64,000 nt of DNA, taken from assembly GCA_963924565.1 (NCBI GenBank), contig OZ004607.1, positions 35,030,001-35,094,000 on the forward strand, given 5' to 3'. Each line of letters starts with the position of its first letter. Within the stretch, counting starts at the first letter, position 1. Source of the stretch: Ascidiella aspersa (Eukaryota). The notes below the pieces were generated by a model. The model ran no database searches, was not told the origin of the DNA, and saw only the letters and a list, made by a program, of their open reading frames with translations. The position numbers and the translations under genes are program-made. Shown here piece by piece: positions 1 through 12,814 of the stretch.

Positions 1-12
1 CTTTTTATCATA

Positions 13-224
13 CAAGGTTGCCACAAAGTATGAATTAGTTTATGTGCAGCTTAAGTATTATATGTATGTTCCTTAAAAAGTTATTTTTTTGGTGTGTTTA
101 ATGCACATTTATACTGTTTTTTTCGCATCACATAAAAAAGTGTTTTTTTAAGTCTTTAAAAATGCTATATATTGTGTCTATGAATGTCTTTAAATTTTCA
201 TCATAAAATTGTGTGGCAATCCTG
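13..224. mobile_element. MITE with CAGGGTTGCCACA-type TIRs
   Basis: caaggttgccaca ... tgtggcaatcctg. Related to 3081..3376. No clear TSD. Confidence 0.55.
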
Positions 225-1140
225 TAATAAATGTCTTTAGATGTTCTTTAAAAAAATATGGCAATCCTGTAACAGCATTTGAAGCAAAAAGGGGAAACTT
301 AGTCCAATACAAAATAATATTCAAGCCAATTGAAACTTTTTGTATACTGATAAGGTTATAGTTAAAAAATGTTGTGTTACAAATGAAAGTTAAGTGCGAT
401 TTGTTTTCAATTTTGTTATTTGAAATACCTCACAAATTGGGCTGGGTTGTGCAATGTCACTGTAACTACCGCATTTCAAAGTTACACCAGTGCTTTTTAA
501 TCTTTTTTCATATTTCTCCCTTTCAAGACCAAACACTGTCAATTCCCCCCCAGAAAAAACACATGTAACAAGTATTCTACTTTTTTTATTATTTTGATGT
601 ACCCTGTTGACAGAAAATCAAATCTATTGATTTTATATATAAAATTGCCTGCCTTGCGGTTTATTTTTTAAATGGCTGCAACTGTGAATAAACAATAGCC
701 TTAGATTATGGTCCAAATATATTCTTTACAATACCAATAACTACAGTTAACAAGCTTTTTATTATAATTGACTAAATAACTTTTTGTTCCTCCCCAATTT
801 CTCCCTGGATTAAATTTCCTCCCCAATTTCTCCCTGGAATAAATTCCCTCCCCAAACTTAAAAATATCTACTTAAAGGAGCCAGGTGGAGAACCAATGCC
901 TTACAGCTTTGCTTAAGAGCACATTTAAAAAAAATTATATTTTTGTCGCTATGAGCATTTAGTTTACATTTTCCTGAGTTGCAAAATATCAGCATGTTGG
1001 ATAATGTAACTTAGCCACACAAATTTCAGTAAGCATTTATTTGCTTCTCACCATTGAACCGCAAAGCCTCTGTAGTTCCAGCAAAATTCAACTACAAGAA
1101 AATTTGCCCTTTGTGAAATAGCCTAGATTTTTTTTAGTGA

Positions 1141-1449
<309 letters not shown>

Positions 1450-2006
1450 TGATTCTTCAATTACAGGAAATGATATCATTTATACTTAAAGGTTTTCGTT
1501 AGGGTTGGCCCAGAGAATACTTGCAGAAACTCTTTGGACTATTTTTATTTTAATGCCATAAAAAGTGTTCATCCCAAAACTATATTTTTTAAAGTTCGCT
1601 TGCACAAGGCATTTGTTTTATTTAACCATTTTTTTTCATTTGTTTGTTTATTTAAACCTTTTACCCACGCAAAGCATTGGAACAGGCCCAATTTTATTAA
1701 CCCCCTTTTTACCATTATTGTTCATAAATTATGAACAAACGTTTTGAATGATTTCAGTTGGTTTACTTTCTAAGCATATTAGTGATTTCAAATTTTTTTT
1801 GATTAAAAACAAAAACAAAAAACTTTTTGATCCGTTGCCAAGGTTTATTTTTTGACACTTTTAGTTGCGATTCGACATTATGCAAAAAAGATGCCAACGG
1901 TGTAATACTTGTGGGCCGAGGTTACCTAACTGACTTGCATGTAGTAGGAAATATTCTTGCCGGCAGCTACGCACAAGCCCGTTTCTTTCAAGCCGGTGCT
2001 GCCGGC

Positions 2007-2016
2007 CCATATAAGG
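2007..2016. promoter_or_regulatory. Canonical CArG box (SRF site) in a coronin intron
   Basis: CCATATAAGG fits CC(A/T)6GG. It lies in a GC-richer island with CATTCC (2032) and CACTTCCTGT (2168). Motif evidence only. Confidence 0.35.
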
Positions 2017-2755
2017 TGCAGACTGTCTAATCATTCCGGAAATTAAGCCACAAGGAAATGGTGTGATGTCACACGCAATGTCCGCCAGACAAACTAGCGT
2101 ATAGTAGCCACAAGAGCGGCAGCCCTTTTTTTGCACGGTCAGCTAAATCTGCTTGACAAGCAGAGGTCACTTCCTGTATAGAATGTAGGCTCCGCTCCTA
2201 ATCTCCGCGACAGACCCTTTCCTTACATCCCTTATTTTGACAGCTTGTTTATGTGGACATTTTGTTAAGACCTGATGTTTCAGGCTTACAATGTAGAGTG
2301 GGACAATATGTCAATTAAAAAATGTAAAAAAGTTGTTGGTTTTCCTGTTTTAATAGTTGTAAAATCGTGATAACAGTTAGATCTACTTTAATTCTTTTTC
2401 TTCTTTTTTTTTGGGTCTAAACTTTATAGTTTTTGGAGGTAACTATTCCTAAATCAATTCCACAGATAATGGTGGTGTTCACATTGTTATTTATATATTT
2501 TAATAACTAAACAGCTGAAACTATTCAACGTTGTTGTATCATTGGTAGTCAACATAAACCTTTTTTTGATTATTATACAGCCTCCCCCTCGTTAAAAAGC
2601 AACATCTTTTTAGCTACTTTTGCCATTATATTTTTTTACATGATCACTGTTTCTGAGTTTTTTTACATGTTTTTCGACTTTTTTACAATTTTTACGGTGT
2701 TCTTAGTTCGATCCTTGTGAATACCAAAATGCGTCAAAGATCTATTTTTGTGCAG

Positions 2756-2819
2756 GTTCTATCGACTGATCCAGACCACTGGAAGCTGTGAAATGGTGTC
2801 TCTTATTGTCCCCAGAAAG
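2756..2819 (+). CDS. coro: Coronin, internal coding exon
   Basis: tgcag|G TTC...AAG|gtagta. Phase 2 matches the previous exon. FYRLIQTTGSCEMVSLIVPRK corresponds to the coronin FYKL...CE.I...VPRK motif. Confidence 0.95.
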
Positions 2820-3080
2820 GTAGTACCCAATAATAAACATTTTACTTTTTGAGCTTTGCATTCATCAAAACATTTTTTTAAATTGTATGCATATTTTGGC
2901 AAAATTTACAGTTTTTGTTTTTCAATCCAATATCTGTGTATCCAGGACAATTTCGATGCGAGATGTTTGGTTTATATGCTTGTTTCAAAAACGCAGATTA
3001 AATAGATCAGATGCTTTGTTTTGTTCATACTTACGCTTAACTAATTAATCTAATGACGTGTTTCGCTAATCCAATAATTC

Positions 3081-3376
3081 CAGGGTTATCACAAAGACTT
3101 TGAATTGACCCTCGTATGGAAAAGTCTTCGAAAAACCCTATGCTTCTTTTTTTTAAAGTCTTCCAATTTATTTTGTGCCCAGCTTTAGTTTAAAAGTGCT
3201 GTTAAAAACAAATTTTCAGCTATTTTTTTGTTGTGTTAACTATTTCATTTACACTGTCTTGGTTTTGAATGATATTCATTAAAACGTCATTCTATCCTAC
3301 TTTAGGCCTCTGAAAATCTATACATTTTCTTTAAATGTCTTTGTATTTTTTCTTTTAAAGTTGTGTGGCAACCCTG
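3081..3376. mobile_element. MITE with CAGGGTTGCCACA-type TIRs
   Basis: cagggttatcaca ... tgtggcaaccctg. Subterminal similarity to 13..224. Confidence 0.6.
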
Positions 3377-3404
3377 TTTATTTTTTTAAACTTATACTTT
3401 ATTG

Positions 3405-3692
3405 AAATTCGCGACAACAGGGAAGCAAGATTGTTACATTTCATTTTTTCTTCGAAAAAAATATTTATTGTGATAACCATGGCATTTATACAAAAAACTT
3501 TCATCGTAACTACTTGGGTAAAATTAGCGAGAAAAGCGAAGCAAGACTTTTACATTTCATTTTTTCTTCGGAAATTTTTTTTTATTGTGTGTTAACCATG
3601 GCATTTATACTTTCTTAATTTCGAATTATTATATTAAGAAAAACATACGTCGATCGAAACTAGCGACAATTCCGAAGCAAGACTTTTACAAT
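3405..3692. repeat. Local tandem duplication (~120 bp unit, 2 full copies + 1 partial)
   Basis: gcga..gaagcaaga..ttacatttcattttttcttcg..tttattgtg..aaccatggcatttatac is repeated. Confidence 0.75.
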
Positions 3693-3758
3693 ACAAATTG
3701 TTTTCTCTCTTATTATTTATTTTTTAATAAAACACCCCTTAAAAATATTTTTGTTTAG

Positions 3759-3876
3759 TCGGAAGTCTTCCAGGATGATATTTACCCAGATTTTCCCAGC
3801 TATGACCCAGCAATGACGGCGGAGGAATGGAATGGAGGGAAAACGTGCGCACCCAAAACGGAGAAATGGAAGCCAA
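3759..3876 (+). CDS. coro: Coronin, internal coding exon (conserved C-terminal extension)
   Basis: tttag|TCG...CCA A|gtatgt. SEVFQDDIYPDFPSYDPAMTAEEWNGGKTCAPKTEKWKP matches the coronin FQDDLYP...P.LTAEEW..G signature. Confidence 0.96.
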
Positions 3877-4429
3877 GTATGTTTTTATTTAACTTGTGTT
3901 TTTTCGTCCAAGCTTAGCATTTACTTTGAAATGGGCGGCCGAGAAATTGCACCACATTGTTTTGAGCAAAGCAATTTACGTTTGTACGATTTTCGATTTC
4001 ATTATTCGATTTTCCGTTCTTACGAATTGCGATATTTTTTTTCGTTTTTTATTAAATTCCGATGAAAAAAAATGAAGCATCGTTTACAATCAAATAAGGT
4101 CTTCTACTAGCTCAGTGGTTCTCAACCTTTTTATCCCGTGGACTCTTTTATCGATATTCGAAATTTAAGGGAGGCATTTCCTAAAATGCACAACGTATTC
4201 GCAGCGGGCATTACGTGGCACCATATTTAACGAAAGACTAATTTAAATTGCTGTCAAAAATTAATAGTTATAGCTGGGAGTGATTTAGCTACAACTTTTT
4301 GAATAATTTATTTTCCACTTAACAGCTAATTTTACATCTGTTAAAAAAAGTTGTTTTAAACTGTAATCCAACATAACCGACATACGAAAAACAAAAGTCG
4401 GTTGTGGTTATTCCTATACCTTGTAGAAA

Positions 4430-5113
4430 ATTTTCCTAGTATAATTATTTTTAATTCTATTTATTGTCCGCGGTTACATAAGTTGCTAAAAACTTTTTAA
4501 CAAAACCACACGGACAAACCATCTATCTTCAAGTTTATTACCTTTCACATGACATGCCTATAGAAATTTTCGTCCAGCAGCCCCTTTTTTAAAAGCTCAC
4601 TACTTGTTAAATAAAGTTTCTTTGTTTTTCAAATTTTTGAACCAACTGCACATCAGTGAAAATTCCTAACCCTTTTTCCTAGTATGAATTATATTTAATT
4701 GCATTTGTTGTGCGCGACCATCTATCTATCTTTAAGTTTATTTCCTTTCACTTGCTTATAGAAATTCTTGTCCAGCCTCCCTGTTTTAAAAGCTCATTAC
4801 TTGTTAAGCAGCGTTTTTTTGTTTTTCAAACTTTTTGAACAAACTGAACATTAGTGAAAATTCCCAAACCTTTTTCCTAATATAAATCATATTCTGTTTA
4901 AGCTAATTTTTTACAATTACATGCTAGAAAGCAATTTGTACGTATTTTATTAGAAGAGTTTATAATTAAAATTCAATTCGAGTTTAAAAATGGTCACAGA
5001 AGTTATTTTTGAGGATTTATTTTTATTTTTCATTTCGTCCAGCAGCCCTGATTTCAAAGCTCGTTACTTGTTAAATAACGCTGTCTTTGTTTTTCAAAGT
5101 TTTTGACCAAACC
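4430..5113 (+). repeat. Tandem ~200-bp duplication that includes the coronin exon-4 acceptor region
   Basis: gtccagc..aaagctc..tacttgttaa..tttgtttttcaaa.tttttga at about 4571, 4770 and 5036. Confidence 0.85.
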
Positions 5114-5236
5114 GCGGGCCAAGGTGGTAATGCAAATGCTACTGCGGCGTCAAAACCGACGAGGACTTTGTCGAAACTCTCAGCCCGTCCCAAGCAATAC
5201 CAGGCTGCGCCTGAGAACGGAACCAGCTTACCGCCG
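5100..5236 (+). CDS. coro: Coronin, unique/linker-region exon
   Basis: ttttcaaag|TT...CCG|gtgggt. Phase 1 in and phase 0 out join exons 3 and 5 in frame. GC-rich island encoding (I)FDQTAGQGGNANATAASKPTRTLSKLSARPKQYQAAPENGTSLPP. Confidence 0.85.
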
Positions 5237-5315
5237 GTGGGTTTTCTGTGCCACTGCAAATAACACTTTTTTCGATCTTGATCTTTCGAAACGATCGCTA
5301 AAGAGGTCAATCGGT

Positions 5316-5915
5316 CAGACTTGGATAACTAGATAATTTATGTTTCTAATTTAGTGAATAAGAGCAAAATTCGGCTAATTCTAAATCTAATTTAATTTGC
5401 GAATTGCTTGTTGGCTCTAATTCCAGTTTTTAATATTTTGGATTTTACTAAAAATGCTACTTTGTCCAACGACTTTTTAAGTCCCTCTGTCAAGGCAAAG
5501 AATTTTGAAATAATACTTTTGAATAAGAGTAATAATACTTTTTCAAAAATCGGCTAATTCTAATTTAATTTGTGAACTGCTTGTGGGCTCTTATTCTAGT
5601 TCTAATCTAATTCGGATTTTACCAAAAATTTTACCTTTTCCCAACGACTTTCTTAGTCTCTCAGAGCGAAGAATTTTGAATTAATACTTTGGTCGGCACG
5701 ATTTGAAGGTAATTTTAGGGTATGCCGCAGCGTTTTAAAAAAACACAGGAATATTTGCCATTTACATTCTAATGTCAATAAATTACAATTTAAACTAACT
5801 TGATTGTGAATAAAATTCTAGTTAGAAGTCTGTTTTATATTCTGATTTATAAAAAAAATCAATAATCCGAACTGTGATCTAATTTTGAGAAAACTGAAAT
5901 GATCTAATTTTGAAT
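5316..5915. mobile_element. Repeat/MITE family with CAGACTTGGA(T/C)AACTAGAT terminus and many (TA)ATCTAATT motifs
   Basis: Internal sequence matches 26555..26931, which ends in the inverted terminus atctagttgtccaagtttg. Confidence 0.6.
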
Positions 5916-5916
5916 G

Positions 5917-6310
5917 AAAGCCCGTACAGAAGTGTAGGTTGCACTTTGAACCTTTCGAATATCTCTTTATTCATTTTGAACACATGTCACCAATACTTCT
6001 GTATGGGCTTCGGAAATTCTTACTACAACCTCCATCCATTATCTTAAGAGTTATTCGAAACGTTCAAAATGCTACCTACCCGTGTATGGGCTTTGATATT
6101 CTTACTACATCTTCTTACAACCTTCAAGTATTATGCTCCAAAATAAATAATAACCATAATAAACCATAACCTTGTGAAGCAGGGCATCAAAATCGAAGAA
6201 CTCTTAGGTTTGAACGTTTCGAATATCTGTTTATCTATTTCGAACATGTGTCACCTATACTTTTGTATGGGCGTTGATATTCTTACTACATCTTACCACA
6301 ACCTCGAACC
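5917..6310. repeat. Cluster of ~65-bp TIR-like repeat units (consensus AAAGAGTTATTCGAAACGTTCAAAATGCTACCTACTTCTGTATGGGCTTTGATATTCTTACTAC)
   Basis: An inverted pair plus tandem copies here. Other copies at about 8581-8728, 12278-12341, 18815-18862, 21385-21450, 24431-24496 and 49650-49680. Confidence 0.75.
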
Positions 6311-6359
6311 ATTATGCCCCAAAATAAATAATAACAATCAAAAATAAAATTTGTTTCAG

Positions 6360-6500
6360 GGAATCAATATCGAAGAACTTCTGGAAGACATCAAGAAACT
6401 GAAGGCGACGGTCCGCAAGCAAAACCGGAGGATCACCAAACTGGAGAAGAGCGTCGGCGACGTTGTGGCCGATGACGACGGCGAATGCGAGGAAGAGTAA
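6360..6500 (+). CDS. coro: Coronin, terminal coding exon (coiled coil)
   Basis: tttcag|GGA...TAA. GINIEELLEDIKKLKATVRKQNRRITKLEKSVGDVVADDDGECEEE* shows the heptad pattern typical of the coronin C-terminal coiled coil. Confidence 0.93.
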   Translation, partial: GINIEELLEDIKKLKATVRKQNRRITKLEKSVGDVVADDDGECEEE

Positions 6501-8370
6501 AATGCTCCTCTTTTTTCTTCCGAGAGGAGACGGGATCGAATTAAGCAGGAAATCGAGAGAGGATTTTTTCCAAAAAAAAAATTTTTTTTTTCGGTTCTAA
6601 TTGTTTTGTCAACAGTCTTTTTCGATCCACTGCGGGTTTTAACCTTATTCGTTCTTTTTCTGCTCTAAGTCGCTAGCTGCGTCGTTATCACCCTAATCCA
6701 GAAACTTGAACGTGAAAAAAAAAACTATTTTGTTATCTCTCTTTTTTCTCTTTTTGTGTGGGGGCCCTTGTAGCCAGAACGGGGTTTTCCCCCTTCTCTT
6801 TGCACCCTCCATCGGTTGTAAAAAAAACGTTTCTTTTTTATATTTTTCTTGTAGTAATCCCTAGCTCATAATGATGACCACTATAAGCGAACGACCGGTA
6901 AAAACGTTAGTTTTACTGGCCGTGTACTACTGACAATCTCGTTAGCTCTTTACCGAGTCATGTCCAATTACACTTGAAAAAAGAAATTCATTCGCTAAAT
7001 TCGTCAAAAAACGCGCGTTTTTCTCGACGAACAGAAAAAAAGATTTTATACATTTTGCCAGAAAGCTTCTTAGTGACAAAAAAAGAGATTTATCCCCTTA
7101 TGTTATCTGTTCGTGTAATTGCTATTCGCCTTTTACTATACGATCGGTGCCAGATTTAGACGTGGCCCCAAAAAGCAGCGCTTAAAAATGATAAAAAATA
7201 TATAAAATACCAGGTTTTTTGGTTTGTTTGGGCCGCGTCTAATTCCGTCGCCGATGCCTGTTCGCATTTTTGTGTGCGTGTGTGTCTGTGTGTTCCTAAC
7301 CACCCCCGCCCCAGCCATATTACCCCTGACGAAGAGTTAGGTCAGCACACCAACTAGATACAGCATGACGTCACGTTGCCCATTACGTCACGATATACCC
7401 ATTTTTGTCCGCTCTATGTTCACTTTTTTCAGGCAATCTTTCAAAATATCACAAAGCTTGATTCCAAAATGTGCGGAGCTATTTTTTGCAAGAAGCCTAT
7501 GGTTTTGTAGGGGTTAATTTACCCCATTAGGTAGCTCACCCTACGCCACTGTACCTGTGCCCCCCAAAATAACGAATATTTCCACCCCTAGAAAAAATCA
7601 TTCCCAGTTTTGCGAACCAGAGGCCAAAATCTTTAGGAGGAAATTTCAAGTGAACAAATTTGGCACGCCCTGATCATGCGTGTACTTTTTGTGTGTTTGT
7701 TTGTGTGTGTGAGTGTGTGTTCGTTTTTCGCACGCCCTATATTCGCTCCTAATGTTAAAAAGCTTGCACTATCCTATTAACACCTTTATTACTCCCAAAG
7801 TGCCCACCTTATTACGCAACAGTTCCCGCGATTCTAACTTACTGCCTGATTAAAAGAAATCAACAAACTCGAGATTAAGCATTCTTCGCAATGAATAGTT
7901 CACAACAGTTGGTTTGACACTCAGATTTTTCGCCAGATTTATCTCCTAATTTTGTTTTTTTTCTTGTACAATGGCGATATTTATACCCTTATATAAATAA
8001 CAACATTAGATTGCATTTTGAAAGATTCTTTTCAACAATGCCCTTGTTGCGGTCATTGTGGCGTCATGAATGGACTGATTGTAGCGGAAAATGTCGCTGT
8101 TAATTGCTGTACAATATTTGTGTCGCCTCGAATATGCAGTAGTGCCCGACTCTACAAAGAACAGATACCGTCTCACTCGCTCCCCCCGCTGTGTGTGTAT
8201 TGTTTGTGACGCAATAATGACCTTCGCCCGCCTTGTGACGTCACAAGCGTCACGGATGTATGATTTGTTGGTGACGTGTATTGGGCATATTGTTCCTGTG
8301 TCTCTACTATCACATTATTACTCCAGGAGTATTTTTGTCTCTCTCTCTCTCTCATTTCGCTTGCATTAAA
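6501..8370 (+). other. Probable coronin 3' UTR (end uncertain)
   Basis: Follows the stop codon, with T-rich and (TG)n/(CT)n tracts and no obvious MITEs. ATTAAA near 7849 and 8364, AATAAA near 8750. Confidence 0.4.
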
Positions 8371-8580
8371 AAGAAGAATGGAATCGTGTAAATTTCCTGA
8401 CCACTATTAAACCAACGACAACCGGACATTTTTTGTGCTGTTTTATTATTATTCGAGATAAAAAGACAGTTGATGATTTCACAATGTGCTGTTTTGTTAA
8501 GAGGAAACAAAATATGTGTACAGAGTTTAATTTTTTTTGTTGTTGAAAAAAAGTAGATTTTTGAAAACTCGCTAAAGGGA

Positions 8581-8728
8581 ACGTAGTAGGAATATCAAAG
8601 CCCATACAGAAGTAGGTATCATTTTGAACGTTTCAAATAACTCTTTATTCATTTTCTACACAGTGAAAAGGCACTGAAATAAGTAATTATTCAAAATGCT
8701 AGTTGCCGTACTTGTTTGTGGGCTTTGT
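8581..8728. mobile_element. Foldback/MITE made of two inverted copies of the ~65-bp repeat
   Basis: gtagtaggaatatcaaagcccatacagaagtagg... and degenerate inverted aaaatgcta..tacttgtttgtgggctttg. Confidence 0.55.
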
Positions 8729-9577
8729 ACAATCCTGAAAAAAATTTTAAATAAAAGTATGGCTGCTAGAGGCTATAGTTCAGGGTTTTGTGCTGTTAAA
8801 AACGGTGCTTAAAAAAATAAAATAAAAGTAAAACGCCAGAAAAACCTCGAGGCGCAACTTCATTATGTCAAATCGATCGGTTCGAAATGGCCGGTAATTT
8901 TTTTTTATAAAAATGTTTTAATTTAGTTGGGTTTTAAAGGCTGAGTTAACTTATTTCTACCTGCCTCTAGTAGGCAACATATAAGCAGAAGAATAAAGGC
9001 TGGCCCATGGCCTACTTTTAGTTTTAGGCCGCGGCACTTTTAGTTTAAAAGAGTAGGTTTATAGTCCCTTAAACAAGTACCCCTAAAAACTGTATTTCTT
9101 GCCTGCAACTGCGTAGAAATATTTAGGCCTCTGCTCAAATCTAAGTTATGTTGAGCTCATTGTGTTGAAATCGGCTTAACCCGAAGGCGCCGTGCGTCTG
9201 ATCTCAAACTATACAAAGATGAGTTTTCACGCTGCACGCGTGTGATTTCCGTTTTTTTTTAATATGGTCGAACTTGTGAAATATAGTTAAAATTGAAACC
9301 TTGAAAGGTTTTCTTTTCCTGTTGTCATGCCAAAGCTTCCTTCAGCGTAACATGCTACAGTTACCTCAAGTTGTTAACCCATACTGTTTTTGATTAATTT
9401 ACCTTTTAAAGTGGAATAGCTGCGTCGGATTGAAAATCCTCGCAGAAATTATCATAATAATTTAGTATCGAATCGGCGCCGATACCCCTCTCTAGCATCG
9501 ACCGGGCGAGTACTGAAACTTTCTGTTCGTCAAGTCAGTCAAAAAAATTAAGTCAAGTTTTAAACAGTCGCTTAGAT

Positions 9578-9746
9578 CAGGGGTCGGCAATCTTTTTTGC
9601 ACTGCGGGCCGGTTGAAAATTAATTTTGTCGCGGACCGGCCTTAATTAATTGTTTTTGTACTTTTTTCCTACGTACAGTTTGGTTATAAATCACAATTTA
9701 ATCTGGGAACCCTGATACGGACCGGACCGGCGGTTGCTGACCACTG
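9578..9746. mobile_element. hAT-type MITE
   Basis: TIR caggggtcggcaa / ttgctgaccactg, degenerate TSD gcttagat/acttaggt. Confidence 0.7.
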
Positions 9747-12700
9747 ACTTAGGTCAATAATTGACTTACTGACTATTATACAACACTTCAATGACCGCTA
9801 AATTGTCTCGGCCCAGTTGATTAGAGGGAAGTTTACTCACTTTGTTTAAAACACTACTGATCTTTAGGCAACAATTAAAACTGAAGGCAAACTTAACGAC
9901 CAGAGTTTGTGTTACTTTGTATTTTCTTTTTGTTATATCGAGGTAAAGTGAAATAGAACGCATAGAAGCCAAGAGCCTGGCGACAAAATAGAACTGGTGA
10001 AAATTCACGGAATAACGAAGGAAAGAAAATCTTGCACGCAATGCGAGTTTGTGTTAAAAAGAATTGAGCTGCCGCCGATTTTAAAATGCCTTGCTAGTGA
10101 CAAAACATGTTTTGCGAATTCCAGGGTCTAATCGAATCTCGACTTGACAATTTTACCGACTAGTGTAATACTTGTGAATGTGTTAAATGCGTCACTTAAA
10201 AAACACTTGATTTTTGTCGATAACAAGCGAAACAGCGCGCTATAGTCGAAGGTCAACCGAACGATCAACAACAAAATATAGAAATGAAGCGACCCACACG
10301 ATTGAAAACGACGCAATAAAAGTGATAAAAGAAAATCGTTTGGTTTGGCGACGCGAATTGTAGCTACTTGACAACCTTTGGGAAATTGTCAACCGATTGT
10401 CTAGCACGCAAGGCAAATCGCATTTTGCAATTGCGCAGTTCTACGGTGAGGACTGACTCCTGTATAACGCCAAAGTATTTGGACGATTTGTTGTTTGTAT
10501 TGCATTGTCAAGCGTATTACTATATTTGACGCAAACAGCACGGCGACCGGGATACAGTTTTGCTTCATAAACAAGCTCAATGCTGTGCCATTCAAGATTT
10601 GTGAATGCTCAGTGCATAGAACGAACGACGACACAATACATTGCTTCGCTTCCCAATCTGAACCATTTATTGCGTTTCTAAGCTAGAGTTAAATCGCCAC
10701 CCAAACATTGTTGCGAATGATACGTTAAAAAATATGTATTTTGTGTCTCATAGTAGTTTTACGTCGCCCTAAGAAAAAGAATTATAGCGTCCTATGCAAA
10801 TTTCAAAAATTAATTCAATGGAAATGGCACAAGTTCGTGTTGCAATTAAACCAAATGCCAACAATCGATTTAAACCGAAAATTTGCGAAACAGCTGTAAA
10901 CCTTATCTTTACGCACCAACCGAGAGTTAACATGTCGAATGAATAGACGGGCAGAAGTTAGATCGAATTCTTTGTTATGTAGCACAAAAACGTAACTCTA
11001 TGACACACTTAAGCGATGGGGTTTAGGTCTGGTTGTAATTATCTTAAAATATCCCCTATCGCGTACACCGTGGTTACGTCACCAGGTTACGTCACTGATG
11101 ACGTCAGATAGATTGTGTTTTATTCCTACAACCGACATTTCGGGAGTTGGGATGCGATGAGCCTCCAAATAGTTCATTATGGGGCTTCAGCAAAGTTCAT
11201 AGTTAGCCATAACTTTAGTTTTTAGGTTAACTTTAGTTTTTTTTTTTTTTAAATAATATCTTACCATGTCGAAAATTGCGTGCCAGTTTGCTTTTTATGA
11301 GTTAAATACTTTTACTAATGTTGTTTCGACAACGATGCTATCCTAGTATAAGAATATAGTAGTTCCGATACTGCCTATTTGGAATCCCCTATCGTCGGAC
11401 GGTACAAGCAAAAGAAACAACCTTTGCGCAAAAAACCAACGGCGCGGTAAAACCACGAGTCCACTACAGCGTACAAAGCAACCGAAGCATGAGAGAGAAG
11501 CGAGGGCGCAACAAAACAACGACGGTTAGGTCTGGTGTAAAAATTCCGACAGCTCTTTAAAACGAAACGAAAAAGCAAAAAAAAAAAACGGCGCGGTTCT
11601 GACAAATAAGGCGACGACGAAAACCCTAAAAGCTCTTTGAAAAACACACACACAGTAATGCACGTGTCGAAAGCACACTCACGCACGAACAAGGCCACTT
11701 GCATATAACGTTACTGCCGAATGGGTTTCTTAACTCGAAGTAAGCAACATCAATCTATATGATTTGCGCGCAATCGCTAATTTCGAGCCCTGTGGTGGCT
11801 GTGGTCGGTCGTCGCACTTCGTCCAGCGATTCATTTCCAACACTGCTGTACCGTCGGAGCGCTGTTTTTTTTTCAAACCATTAGAAGCCAAACTTAAGCG
11901 AGATATGGAGTGGACATACCGAAGAAAGTGCGTCTATAGGGAATTCGATATAAAAGTTTTGATTTTATGTAAGCGCTTTGGAAGTTCTTTCTGGGGAACT
12001 TGAAATAATAGTTTTGATTTTATGTAAGCGCTTCTGAAGTTTGCATTTCAGCTCAAATAGGCTTTTGTTCTATGGTTGACTCTGTTTAACCGTTTTTTAA
12101 ACCAAACATAAGTTATGCATTACATTATTTACAGTTAACAATTTTATTTTTTTTGATGAAGGTCAATTTAAAGTTAGCATGTTCGGGGGAGGGTTAGATC
12201 CACTTGTGATGAAAAAGGCGTTTAATTTAGATGCATAATGGTTGGCGGTTGTCGTTACATCATGTTGAAAATAAAGAAAGAGTTATTCGAAACGTTAAAA
12301 ATGCTACCTACATATGTATGGGCTTTGATATTCTTACTACGTTTTTGGTTTAAATTGTCCACTTACGTTCCGGTTCCCAACAAAACGCAACTGTTCTACA
12401 GCAAAGCTAAAAAATAACCAAAAAACTGCTCATGCGTATCTAAGACGTCACACGTTCGTTCGCGATTCATAAAATGACCTGAAAAAAATACAAGTTGTTT
12501 CATCGATGGAACGAGAGGCGCCTTTCACTTACGCACCAGAATGACGTATAGAAACTAAACTACTACTTACTTAAAGAGTGCTGCGGTAATTTAAGTGCCG
12601 AAGTTTCTCGAACAAAAACAAATAAAGCAGCGACCAAAAAGCGACCCCGGCCGTGCAAAAAACGCGACCTCGCGTAGCGGATTGCCGCTCGGTGGCGCTG

Positions 12701-12814
12701 GTGAGCCGCTCGGAGCGCGTGTGACGTCACAGTGCTTTCTTGTGTGGGAATAATGCATATAAAAAATATTTTTAAGCAAACAACAACATTAGCTGCCACT
12801 ATTAAGAGCGCTCG

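Noticed and set aside
5036-5074. Alternative CAG acceptors upstream of coronin exon 4
   Set aside because: They run into an in-frame TAA before the exon body.
6871-6933. ATGATGA...CTGA with an internal hairpin (C/D snoRNA- or SECIS-like)
   Set aside because: It lies in a probable 3' UTR, has no terminal stem, and the visible coronin exons contain no in-frame UGA.
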